A stretch of DNA of 64,000 nt from Octopus sinensis (Eukaryota). Numbering within the stretch: the first letter of the stretch is position 1; every line of letters starts with the position of its first letter. Positions 52,182-64,000 of the stretch are shown piece after piece. The translations under genes were made by a program, and so were the position numbers. The DNA lies in assembly GCF_006345805.1 (NCBI RefSeq), contig NC_043003.1, positions 97,216,001-97,280,000 of the forward strand, written 5' to 3'. The notes below the pieces were generated by a model. That model saw nothing but the letters and a program-made list of their open reading frames with translations. It ran no database searches and was not told where the DNA came from.

Positions 52182-54011
52182 ATATTACTATATTTATATG
52201 CGCGTGTGTGTATGCGTTATTTAAAACAGTTTGATCCTGCAGTTGAAGATGCAAGGATATCAGCTAGCAGCACCCGGCCGTTTTCGGGATCTTAAGGGGG
52301 AACTTACGAAGCCTCCTGAGCCGGGTGATGTTGACCAGCGAGGGTTGAGCGTCAGGCAAGCATGCAATCTAACCTGAAGATGTGGTAGATGGCCACTGCC
52401 ACGCGGCTGAGAGGAGGTTGCAGCTGCTCTATCGCCACATTGTGAACACGTTCGAGGCCCGTCGTGTTAGACTGACGCAAGAGAGATTATGGAAATAACG
52501 ACATCTTGAACAGTTCCTTTCTCTTTCCTACCTATTGGTGGAGACACATGTACCGCAGGTAGCACCCAGTGGGGTTAGGGATGAGGCGCGCTGTCGGGGT
52601 CTGGAGCACCGTTCGACAACGAGGACGTCGGCTTCCCCTGGTGATGACGAGAAATTGACTGGCGTCCCGAAAATTGGTGGGAAACAGAGTTGCAATACCA
52701 ATGAAGTGATGGCCGCCGGATTAAGGAAACCGAGATCCGAGCAGTGCAAAAATCTAAGCAAGGAGGGAAAAGAAAAAAAGAAGAAAAAGGGGGAAGGAAA
52801 GCAAAAGGGGAAAAAGGGAGGAAAAAAGAGAAAAAGGGAAGAAAAAAGGGTAAAAAAAAAAGAAAGACGAAAAAAGAAAATTTCAAGCTCGATTTACAAG
52901 TTAGTGAAATGTCAAACTCTCAACTGCAGAAAAATTCCCTTATTGCCTTAGATAATTGTAAATGTCACATCAAGTTATTATTACTGTTTAACCCAAGTCA
53001 GCTTCTCCAAGCAGATCTATGATCAAAGATATTCCTTGTATCGTCCATCTTTTTTTTTTAATGTATGGACAACTTTGTCCAAATGTCATACTTATTTAAG
53101 AATCTTGAGTGTGATTTGGGGGAATGTCGCTGCTACTTCTAGCAAACCGACTCAACACGCAGATGATCTACTAAAGCCGCACTCAGTTAAATTCTATGAG
53201 GTTCTCTGCAAATCGGTTTTATCATAGTTTCTATTTCTGCTTGGTTAGGAAATTTCTAACTTCGTTTAGGTAATGTAAAATCTATGAAAGGTACATAATA
53301 TATATATATATATGCAGATATACATGCGTATATGTACATGTGTACATATATATGCATATGTGGGCACAGGACGTCACGAAACGTGTACAGCAAAAAAAAT
53401 ACGAAGCACGAGTACAGGAACATGAACTATTCTTCCGAACAACGAAAGACACAAATGGAAAACAAGACAAACAACATAAAGAACGACCCTTCATCAGTTG
53501 TTGCTGTTTTTCTAGTCTCGTATTTAACAACATTATATGCTTTCGATAATACAGTTGCTCCTGCAAAGCAAATTAAATAAAATTCGGGATTTTGCGGAGG
53601 GCCAAAATTAGTAACACAAACAGAACAGTGAAAACAAACAGGAAGGGCTGCTAAGCCTAAATGAGGTTGTGGTGGCGAACTTGTAAATCAAGCTAGGACA
53701 GGAGACAAACAAGAACACGTCTTCCTTGTTCCAGCTACAACAGAGAGAAAGAAAGAAAGATGGCCGATGGTCACGTGGGAGCCACGTGAGCAAGGGAGAG
53801 GAGTGAGGGAGAGAGAGTGACAGAGTAATAGGATAGAATAGTGGGAGAAGAGGAGGTAAAAGAATAAGAGAGAGAAAAAGAGAGAAAAACGAAAGAGTAA
53901 AAAGATCGTATAGAGTACGAATGAGAATTATTAAGATAAAACTTACTTGGAAGAGGATGCGTGGCATTCAATCGTATAATATAAATTATATATATATATA
54001 TATATAATATA

Positions 54012-54252
54012 TAACAATTGCAGCGTGGAAGGTGTTTATAAGCATTTTAAGAAACACACAAAACCGTTAGATTCACTTCAACATTTAAATTTAATTTGTC
54101 AAAATATTTTCGTCGCTTTGAGACCGTGATCACTGACAAAACTTCGTTTTGTGAGTTTCTTAAATGGCTTATAAACACCTTCCACGCTGCAATTGTTTTC
54201 GTTCCAGCACACGATCTTAGATCAAGTCACTCGCTATGCAAGTACATCTCCG

Positions 54253-54258
<6 letters not shown>
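54012..54258. mobile_element. Second copy of the 15.2-kb fold-back family (internally deleted), in (TA)n
   Basis: aacaattgcagcgtggaaggtgtttataagc arms. Minus strand core TTTGTCA-GTGATCA...GCGAC-GAAAATATTTTGACAAA; tail gtacatctccgtaa matches 15176-15190. Confidence 0.82.
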
Positions 54259-54296
<38 letters not shown>

Positions 54297-54301
54297 TTAT
54301 A

Positions 54302-54350
<49 letters not shown>

Positions 54351-54622
54351 GGCTGCCCCATCGTTATCGAGTATGGCCATTGCACGATACATATATATAT
54401 ATAGCAATAAGAAAATAGAGGGGATCAATAGGTGGTATTCATCAACTTTTAGACATAATATAATGTCTATTTATTTATTTTTAAAACAAGCACACTTATA
54501 ACAGTATAACAACACACATACATGTATAACATATTATGCTTTATGTATATAATATATAAAAATAGCAGTAATTATTAAAATATAAAACGTATTGTAATAA
54601 TTACCGCTATTTTTATATATTA

Positions 54623-54745
54623 CTAGCAGTATAACCCGGCCTTGCCCGGGATTAAGTTACGATTATTAAGCTAATCAAGTTCTTTATTTCAAACCAAACT
54701 AAGTAATATAGACGTCAAATTTGGGCGAAATCTGTTGAAATTAGT

Positions 54746-54779
<34 letters not shown>

Positions 54780-55686
54780 AAAATAATATAAATATATATG
54801 GGCAACAGACATGAATACACATATACGCACACGTACGTACGTACACCTATTGCATGTTTTATGCACGCATACATGTTCATAAACAGAAATTAATGGAAAA
54901 AATGTTGTTAAATTTGTAGATTGACATTCGCACGATTTTCACTAAGAAAAAAAAATCAGTTTTTTGCGTAAAATCAACTACTCTGGCCTCAAAACCCTTT
55001 TTGTGGTCCGTGAAACGGAGTGGAGTGTGGTGGAAACCTCGCAAATTGTACCCATTTATATTGTGTAATTCACTGACAAATTGTTAGCTACCTCTTTGTT
55101 TCTTTGTTGTTAAATAAATGAATTGTCTACAAAACACTTTTTTACTCGGCGTAAAATAAAAATAAAACTCTTTCGCACCCAAAGTAATGTGTGTGAGAAA
55201 GATGAACGATTTAAAATAAATAAATGATTTAAAATAAATATATCGTAATTGTTGTGTGAGAAAGTATATGTACTATGATTATAAAATATAGTGTCTTTCA
55301 AAAACAAAAAACAAAACATTTTACATTTTATTTTTATGAACGTCGTCACTTACTCTCTCTCCCTCTCTCTCACTTTGTCTTTCCCCTGAAACTCTCTGCC
55401 TCCTTCTTCCACTTTTCTTTAACTTAATTTTTTTTTGTTAGACGCCGTCAAAAAAGCTATGGCTGATATTTTTTATGGCTAAAAGCTACGGTTGAAAATA
55501 TATTTTTACCCTATCCGCGGGTGCCTCGGGAAAAAATAAGTTGACAAAATCCAGACAGGATGTTGACGAATGTCCTCCTAAAATTTGAGCGACATGCGTG
55601 CTAATTTGTGGATGTGCATAAATTACAATCCCGTACACACACACAAACACATGCGCGCACACACATCATGCCTTTTATAGATATGA
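54623..55686 (-). mobile_element. Non-autonomous Helitron
   Basis: Minus strand 3' end cccgggcaaggccggg-ttatactg-CTAG; 5' end near TC-atatctataaaaggcatg. It splits an older inverted repeat (about 54400-54545 / 55692-55822). Confidence 0.7.
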
Positions 55687-56121
55687 TATATGTAAAGCAT
55701 AATATGTTATACATGTATGCATATTGTTATATTGTTATAAGTGTGGGGTTTTTTTAAGATAAATAAATAGACATAATATAATGTCTAAAAGTTGATGAAT
55801 CCCCTCCATTTTCTTATTGCTGTATAAATTAAGGGTAAAAGTTTGTTTCACCCTCACCTATTTATTACATTCAGTAGTGTAATTGCCATGCAAGGAAAAA
55901 ACACTTGGTTTTCTACCAGCAGTATATTGGATAGATATTATCCCTTAGTTAGTTGGATTCACAACCTCTAACTCTCTTAGAATTATATATATATATTGGT
56001 CTGCTCGCTTAGCCAGCGGGGTTACGTCATTTGAAGGCTAAAACAATGCGAAGCGCATTGTGTAGCAACATCTGATAGCCTGGTCGGTCACGGTGATCAC
56101 GCTGATATATATATATATTAT

Positions 56122-56179
<58 letters not shown>

Positions 56180-57505
56180 ATATATAAATAATTAAATATA
56201 TATGGGCAACAGACATGAATACACATATACGCACACGTACGTACGTACACCTATTGCATGTTTTATGCACGCATACATGTTCATAAACAGAAATTAATGG
56301 AAAAAATGTTGTTAATTTGTAGATTGACATTCGCACGATTTTCACTAAGAAAAAAAAATCAGTTTTTTGCGTAAAATCAACTACTCTGGCCTCAAAACCC
56401 TTTTTGTGGTCCGTGAAACGGAGTGGAGTGTGGTGGAAACCTCGCAAATTGTACCCATTTATATTGTGTAATTCACTGACAAATTGTTAGCTACCTCTTT
56501 GTTTCTTGTTGTTAAATAAATGAATTGTCTACAAAACACTTTTTTACTCGGCGTAAAATAAAAATAAAACTCTTTCGCACCCAAGTAATGTGTGTGAGAA
56601 AGATGAACGATTTAAAATAAATAAATGATTTAAAATAAATATATCGTAATTGTTGTGTGAGAAAGTATATGTACTATGATTATAAAATATAGTGTCTTTC
56701 AAAAACAAAAAACAAAACATTTTACATTTTATTTTTATGAACGTCGTCACTTACTCTCTCTCCCTCTCTCTCACTTTGTCTTTCCCCTGAAACTCTCTGC
56801 CTCCTTCTTCCACTTTTCTTTAACTTAATTTTTTTTTGTTAGACGCCGTCAAAAAAGCTATGGCTGATATTTTTTATGGCTAAAAGCTACGGTTGAAAAT
56901 ATATTTTTACCCTATCCGCGGGTGCCTCGGGAAAAAATAAGTTGACAAAATCCAGACAGGATGTTGACGAATGTCTCCTAAAATTTGAGCGACATGCGTG
57001 CTAATTTGTGGATGTGCATAAATTACAATCCCGTACACACACACAAACACATGCGCGCACACACATCATGCCTTTTATAGATATGATATATGTAAAGCAT
57101 AATATGTTATACATGTATGCATATTGTTATATTGTTATAAGTGTGGGGTTTTTTTAAGATAAATAAATAGACATAATATAATGTCTAAAAGTTGATGAAT
57201 CCCCTCCATTTTCTTATTGCTGTATAAATTAAGGGTAAAAGTTTGTTTCACCCTCACCTATTTATTACATTCAGTAGTGTAATTGCCATGCAAGGAAAAA
57301 ACACTTGGTTTTCTACCAGCAGTATATTGGATAGATATATCCCTTAGTTAGTTGGATTCACAACCTCTAACTCTCTAGAATTATATATATATATTGGTCT
57401 GCTCGCTTAGCCAGCGGGGTTACGTCATTTGAAGGCTAAAACAATGCGAAGCGCATTGTGTAGCAACATCTGATAGCCTGGTCGGTCACGGTGATCACGC
57501 TGATA
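54790..57505. repeat. Near-identical tandem duplication of about 1.3 kb (54790-56105 and 56194-57505)
   Basis: Both copies run from aaatatatatgggcaacagacatg to ggtgatcacgctgatatat, joined by (TA)n. Confidence 0.95.
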
Positions 57506-57532
57506 TATATATATAGATATATATATATATTA

Positions 57533-57589
<57 letters not shown>

Positions 57590-58294
57590 ATTGTAGGCGA
57601 CGTAGATGTCACATATGCATCATTAGTTGTCTAAGTATTATAAAATAAGCATCTATCCAAGTTAACTTTGCCTTTCATACTTTAAGTACCAGTGAAACAA
57701 TGGAGTCGATGTAATCGACAATACCCATCCCCCAAATTTCGGGCCTTGTGCCTATAATAGAAACCATTATAAAATAAGCATAATAAATAAACTGATTTGA
57801 GCTAGCCAACTATGTCTCTGAAACAAGTCATGATAGATTTCAAAAAATTTGTAAATTTCTAATTTTGATGCCAAAAAAATTATAGCTTTAAGGGTCAAAT
57901 TATAGCTTTAATGGGATCAAATTTATCTTTTCGTAGTCAATAGATTCAAACATTTTGCTTTCAGGCATTATAACATAAAATAATATTAAAAGAATTTATC
58001 GTAAGGCGGCGAAAAATAGCACGCCGGGCAAAAATATTTAGCGGTATTACGTCTGTCTTTACGTCCTAAGTTCAAATTCCACCGAGGTCGACTTTTCCTT
58101 TCATCCTTTCGGAGTCAATAAATCAAGTACCAGCTGCGTACTGGGCTCGATCTAATCGATTGGCCCCCTGCCCAAAAATTTCGGGCCTTGGGCTTAGAGT
58201 AGAAAAAGAAAAGAATGTAAATAGAATTTATCATCTATATCGTGAATTACAACATAGGGGTCCAGTTCCCTAAACTACGCACATACATATATAT

Positions 58295-58325
<31 letters not shown>

Positions 58326-58425
58326 GTATATCAAACCTGTAATCATTGTACAGTGTATACATATATATTCTTATACATAGCTTTTGTGATTATTCTGTTG
58401 ATGTGATTATTTTTGTTAAATACAG

Positions 58426-58591
58426 GTCTCGTGACGCCAATGATTGCAGAAAAAATCCTTGGAGAAGCCGGAGGCATCATGATTCTAACCATGGGGTCGA
58501 TGGCTCTTATGTCCACAGGTTCCGGTGAAGTTATGGCAGTATCTTCTATTATCGTGTACGATATTTACCAAACTTACATTAAGCCATTCAG
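58426..58591 (+). CDS. DUR3: DUR3-like transporter exon
   Basis: taCAG acceptor, AG|GTATTC donor; phase 1 in, phase 2 out, fits both neighbours. Encodes (G)LVTPMIAEKILGEAGGIMILTMGSMALMSTGSGEVMAVSSIIVYDIYQTYIKPF, the DUR3 GLV.P...MA..S..S.E..AVSS...YDIY.TYI.P motif. Confidence 0.93.
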
Positions 58592-59547
58592 GTATTCTGT
58601 TTAAAATTACTTTACTGCCCATCCTTTATATCATTATTTCTTTGATGTTTTCTAGAGCGGTTCTTTAAGACAAAAGAAAAGAATATCTAGTCGAATATGA
58701 GTGAAAATATGATGGTTCTACTGCAAAAGCAGTAAAAGATGAAAACTCAATATCAATTTACATTATTCTAAAATTCTGAAATATTTCTCACCAAAACAAT
58801 AATATATGTATCGTCGCTTCCTGAACTATTAAAAGGATGCGCTTAAAAACAAATTGCTTCTGTGACATTACTAATGACCATGCAGTTGATTCTTTAAGGG
58901 TAAGGTCCCTATATGTTTAGTAAGACATCAGTCGCGCAAACACTTTGATTTATTGGAACATCATTTAAAGTCTTTGTTTTGTGTAGTATATCATACCCAT
59001 ATAAACTTGACTAAGATCATACCTCTCAAATGAAAAGCTGACGAAACACTTATCCCTTATACAATGTTGTTGATGTTGTTATATAGCTTTGGTCATTCCT
59101 GTTCTAACAGACCCATGACGCCTGTTACTTTTGTTGTGTGACCCGAAATCAACACTGATAGAGCAGACCCACCGCAAACTATTAAATATGATTATTGTAT
59201 GCCTTATCTTCTTGATAGTCTGCGTCTGTTGTATATCTTCCACTGCTTTGATTGTTCCTGTATATATAAATTCTGATTTAAAAAATCTAAGATCAAGGTA
59301 TTCAAAATGGACCGAGTCGCAACACAAAATTGTTTATTCTTTTACACGAATTTATAGTGTGCATTTTATTGATGCCGCTGTTATCATTTCAGTGGAATTG
59401 TTTTTGCGATTCTCTGGAAAGATTCTGTTCTTAGAATAGTGTTACAGTAGTTTCGGGATTGGGAAAGAAAAACAATATTTTGGACACAGAGGAGACAGAT
59501 AGGTGAACTGAGCAAGAACGTTTCAGTTGATCTTCTACACGTATCCA

Positions 59548-60840
59548 CCAGGTCATCCCATAAGTTCTGTCCGAATTTTGAATAAAGAAAACAAGTGATC
59601 AAATGTTATATTTATTTGAAATTTAATCATCAAAGTACTTTCCCAGATTACCTATGACTTCCTTCCATCTAATTACAAGCTTTTTAATCCTATCAATGTA
59701 AAACACTTTTGGTTTCAAAGCGAAGAACTCTGAAATGTCAGTTTCGACCTCCTTCTGGTTTGCGAAAGTTACGTCCCCCAAATGATACTGTAAATTACGA
59801 AACAAGTGGTCGTCTGAAGGAGCAAGGTTGGGAGAATAAGGTGGATGAGGAACTTTTTCCCAACCAAGTTCTTCGATCTTCTGTGATGTCATCTTTGCAG
59901 TGTGGGGTCGCGCATTGTCCTGATCAAACATCATTCCTTTTCGATTCACTAAAGCGGCTCTTTTTTTCTTCAAAGCTTGGCTCAAACCCTCTAATTACTG
60001 ACTTGATCATTGATTGTTGCATTAGGTGGTAACAATTCGACGTGAATTACTCCTTTGCTATCCCACCAGATAGAGAGAAGAACCTTTTTCCCATGAAGTT
60101 CCCTTCTCGGTTGTGCTTGAGCTTTTTCCCCTTTTATCAAGCCACTGTTTACGACGTTTAACATTTCGATAGAAGATCCATTTTTCGTCACCAGTCACAA
60201 GCCTATCCAAAAAGGGTGAAATGAGTTCGCGAGAATGGAGAGAAGAGCAGATGTCAACTCGGAATTTGCGGTTGCTTTCAGACAATTCATGAGGCATCCA
60301 TTTTTCAAGTTTAAGAAGCTTTCCAAGTTGTTGAAGATGACGAAGAACAGCTGTATTGTTTGAAGTAAGCTTTATTGCCAATCCTTCAACTGATAATGCA
60401 GGAATAATGCAGGATTTCCTTCAAGTAATGCCTCAAGAAGCTTATCATAAAACTCAACTGGACGTCCTGTTCGATCTTCATCTTCAAGGCTGAAATCTCC
60501 ACTTCTGAATTTTGCAAACCATCTTCTGCAAGTTCTTTCATTCAGGCATTCTTTCCCATAAACTGAGTGTATGTTTCGAGTCGTTTCGGCTGCAGATTTT
60601 CCTTTTTTGTACTCATAAAGCATTATATGCCTCAAATGCTCTTTGGATACTTCCATGTTAGAAAGGGCTTTAATCAAAGAAATTTTAATTCTATTATTCT
60701 GTAAAATAATATTTATTTAGTTTAAATGTACACAAATGCATAAAAATAATTTTTAATTTCATTAGAATTCTAAAATACGATTAAATTTCATTCAATTTTA
60801 AAAAAAGGTAAAATCGGACAGAACTTATGGGATGACCTGA
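59548..60840 (-). mobile_element. Full-length mariner transposon with frameshifted transposase (60656-59623)
   Basis: TIRs caggtcatcccataagttctgtccga / tcggacagaacttatgggatgacctga-TA. MEVSKEHLRHIMLYEY, WMPHELSE, LVTGDEKWIFY, QDNARPH, HPPYSPNLAPSDDHLF, GKYFDD* spread over four ORF pieces. Confidence 0.95.
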
Positions 60841-62015
60841 TAGCAGTATAACAGAAGCATCAATGCCATTGCCTCTTTTTTTTTACATTGGTAAGCTGCA
60901 CTCCTGTTGGTTCAAATTCTAGCCAGACAGGCTGGGACATTTTTTAGTTAAATGTCATTCGTTTGAACACAAATCAGTGATGGTAACGAAGGATTCATTA
61001 CACCGTGTAACAAAATTTTATTTTTTATTTTTTTATATTTTTGTCTCTGGTTAATAAGTGTTATTTCCTACTTGCTTCAATCTAGAAAACAAAGGAGATG
61101 ACAACTATTCTCTCCAAATTTTACTTTTGTGACCTGGACATCAATGTTTTGAAACTGACCTATTTTCCATTAAATTTCAGACAGATTCAACTTTGAGTTG
61201 CTGAAGCAAAAATATCATTATAGCAAATATTCTGTTCAGTACCCCAGATTTGCTTGTCAGTCGCTTGACCATAACCACTTGAGCATGTCCCTTAGTGGCT
61301 GACAATATGCACATCTCTGATCGTAAACAGGAGTAGTGTGGGAGCATGTGCTGAGAGGAATTCTTTAGGGTTTCAATAATTCGTGTTACACAATGTTATC
61401 CTTTTGCAGCTCGGCAGTAAGCACCTTTAGGTAACAGCAGATTTAGATAGTAGCATGTTTGGATATCAGTAGGTTTAGATATATACATTTAAATACGATA
61501 CGTTGGGAAATCTCCTTTACATTTCTCAGTTGACACGATCTGAGGTCTTCTGATAGATCGATGTTGATAAAATCAAGAATATTCCCTGCGAAACATCTAT
61601 AATAAAGTTCCCCCCCCCCACGACATCCCCATTAAAGTAACACTCTAGAATATCAAAACCCTTTTCTCATCATATTATCGTCATTGTTATTCTCGTTATT
61701 TTCATCATCAACATCATCATCATCATCATCGATAAGTTTTAGATGAAACAAATTTGTTAAGCAGTTTTCATTACCTGATGGAAAATTTCTTTTGCATTTA
61801 TTTGAAAATTTCGTTGAGATACGAATAAATAAACAACACGATCATTCACACCACATCTGCTAAAAATTTAGTTTCGTTTTGAAAACATGTTTAATCCAAT
61901 GGAAACTGAAAGAAGAAAGACATAAGTAATCTTTATTAACAAAATTAACCAGATTGTGTTGAAGTATTATTGTAATGTTCTAGTTTATTGATTAATATTA
62001 ATTTCTTTCTTACAG

Positions 62016-62491
62016 GAGAAACCTTAAGCGGAACCAATGCGTTCTGTGCGGGAAGACCAAGGTGAAAATGGAAACAAACGGTGATCTGTGCGACCAAAAC
62101 GGAAGTGGAAGTGGTGGCGGCGGCGGAAGTAGTACAACAGCTCGGGGTGACAATCTGAATTGTAAATGCTTAACGGTTTCTGCCTGTCCACGTTGTAAAG
62201 ATGATCTGGAAGCACGTAATGCTCGGGCTAAGAAAGAACCAACTCGTTTTCGGTACCAATGCCCTACTCATGGTTCTTATCGCGAATATCAAGATGATTT
62301 AATAGCCTTCAAAAACTGGTGCATTGTATGGGTGACCATAAGCATCATACCTCTTGGTCTGATGGTGTTTATGTCTGGTATCAACCTTAACTGGATATTT
62401 TATGTTGGCGCTATTCTTACAATTCCTTACTTTCCTCCAGTACTTTTGTCAATCCTATGGGTGAAAGCCACTGGAAAAGGCCTCATAGCCG
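62016..62491 (+). CDS. DUR3: DUR3-like transporter exon with Cys-rich loop; gene continues downstream
   Basis: tttctttcttaCAG acceptor, G|GTACGT donor. Encodes RNLKRNQCVLCGK...CKCLTVSACPRC...CPTHG...GINLNWIFYVGAILTIPYFPPVLLSILWVKATGKGLIA (DUR3 G..L.W.....G.......P......W.K). Confidence 0.9.
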
Positions 62492-63184
62492 GTACGTATG
62501 ATTGCATTTACAATAATAACAATAATAATTATTTTTATTATGATTATTGTTATTGTTTTTATTATTATTTATGGGTCGTTTTTTCATATTTCTAATGCTT
62601 CTATTGTTATTTTTGTACTTATCCTTGGTACTGTTGCAGTTGTCAAAATTATTGGAGCTGGTGGTGGTTGCCTTATCTGGGCTTCTATAGTTATTGCGCC
62701 TCCGCTTACTCCAGTTTCCGCATTTACTGTTAGGATCTATAGATAAGCTGTCTATTTTCTTATTATCCTTATTATTGGCGCTATAATTTCTGTTATTAAT
62801 AATATCAATATCATTATTATTATTATTATTATTTGCTTTAAATGCTTTATTATAGTTCACAGTATTATTCCTGTCCCAACTACCGTCTATAGATTTATTC
62901 TTATTACCATCAATGTTTCTCGGGGAGTATTTAATTTTTCTATATATCCTGAATTTTTCATTGCTATGTTATACCTATCCTTGTGTTTATTAAAGATCTC
63001 TTCATTAGAGAAGAGGTTTGAAATCCTTTTACTTATATTCCGTAGTAGGGCTCTTTTTATTTGCTGGGGATGGTTACTAGAATTATTTATATATCTTACA
63101 ATAGTTTATTTTCTTATGCTGTCCCTTAAGATCATTTGCCCTTAGTCATATTGCTTTAGCTAACGCACTCACTCACATACTCTT

Positions 63185-63568
63185 ATTTGTTTCAGTCATT
63201 TGACTGAGGCCATGCTGGAGCACCGCCTTTAACCGAGCAACTCGAGCCCGGGACTTATTCTTTGTAAGCCCAGTACTTATTCTATCGGTCTCTTTTGCCG
63301 AACCGCTAAGTGACGGGGACATAAACACACCAGCATCGGTTGTCAAGCAATGCTAGGGGGACAAACACAGACACACAAACATATACGCACACACATATAT
63401 ATATACATACATATGACGGGCTTCTTTCAGTTTCCGTCTACTCACAAGGCTTTGGTCGACCCGAAGCTATAGTAGAAGACACTTGCCCAAAGTGCCATGC
63501 AGTGGGGCTGAACCCGGAACCATGTGGTTGGTAAGCAAGCTACTTACCACACAGCCACTCCTGCGCCT
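63185..63568 (-). mobile_element. SINE family B
   Basis: Reverse complement of the family B consensus. Confidence 0.87.
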
Positions 63569-64000
63569 ATAAAAGGTTACTCATTTATTTTTTACTTATT
63601 TTTATTTGTTTTAATTTAATTTAATCTAATCTAGTTTGAATGTTATTTTGCTCTTCTACTTGCCTATAGTGGCCACGGTTTTTTATTAATTAATTTATTT
63701 ATTTATCTGATTTGTTTTCGTGTTATCCGGTTAACGAACCGGAACCGCGTTATAGTTTTCAGAAAAATAGCTGACCAATTAGGTTGCAGGACTGACCATA
63801 ACCCCTACCCAACTGCACACAAGGATTCAGGGACTTGTTGATCGAAAAAATAACGAACACGAACACCGTACTTTGGTTACCACCTGGTGTCATACTCTCT
63901 TTAGTACAAACGCAAAAAGAAGACAATAAAAATGTATGGTCAAGGTTTCTTCCCTGTTGCCTGTTTGATCTGGTCAACTTCATTTATGGTGCGAATATAG

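Noticed and set aside
53330-53520. CTGATGAAGGG on the minus strand (related repeat at 38130-38340)
   Set aside because: No closing stem II plus GAAA downstream, so a hammerhead could not be folded.
62498-62746. Hydrophobic ORF after the last exon (…GAGGGCLIWASIV…)
   Set aside because: Lies in a low-complexity ATT/GTT-rich intron, has no convincing acceptor and does not match the expected DUR3 C-terminal helices.

Overview
AT-rich, microsatellite-dense animal genomic DNA. The SINE families and repeat landscape look like an octopus or other cephalopod; this is an inference. One host gene runs across almost the whole window on the + strand: six frame-compatible GT-AG exons (3907-4150, 24071-24187, 48793-49140, 50974-51262, 58426-58591, 62016-62491; about 546 codons) encode a DUR3-like urea/solute:sodium-symporter-family transporter. 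Its first exon was not identified and its last exon(s) appear to lie beyond the window. The introns hold four mariner relics, a Tigger/pogo relic, a Gypsy LTR with PBS and gag start, non-autonomous Helitrons, decayed Penelope-like (PLE) RT/GIY-YIG segments, other LINE fragments and many tRNA-derived SINEs. The least expected signal is a set of at least five unrelated short non-coding elements, mostly fold-back and next to (TA)n or other microsatellites, that carry hammerhead-ribozyme motifs. Two look fully intact, and one family has a G3-C8 swapped catalytic core. Almost all other ORFs in the supplied track are microsatellite artefacts.
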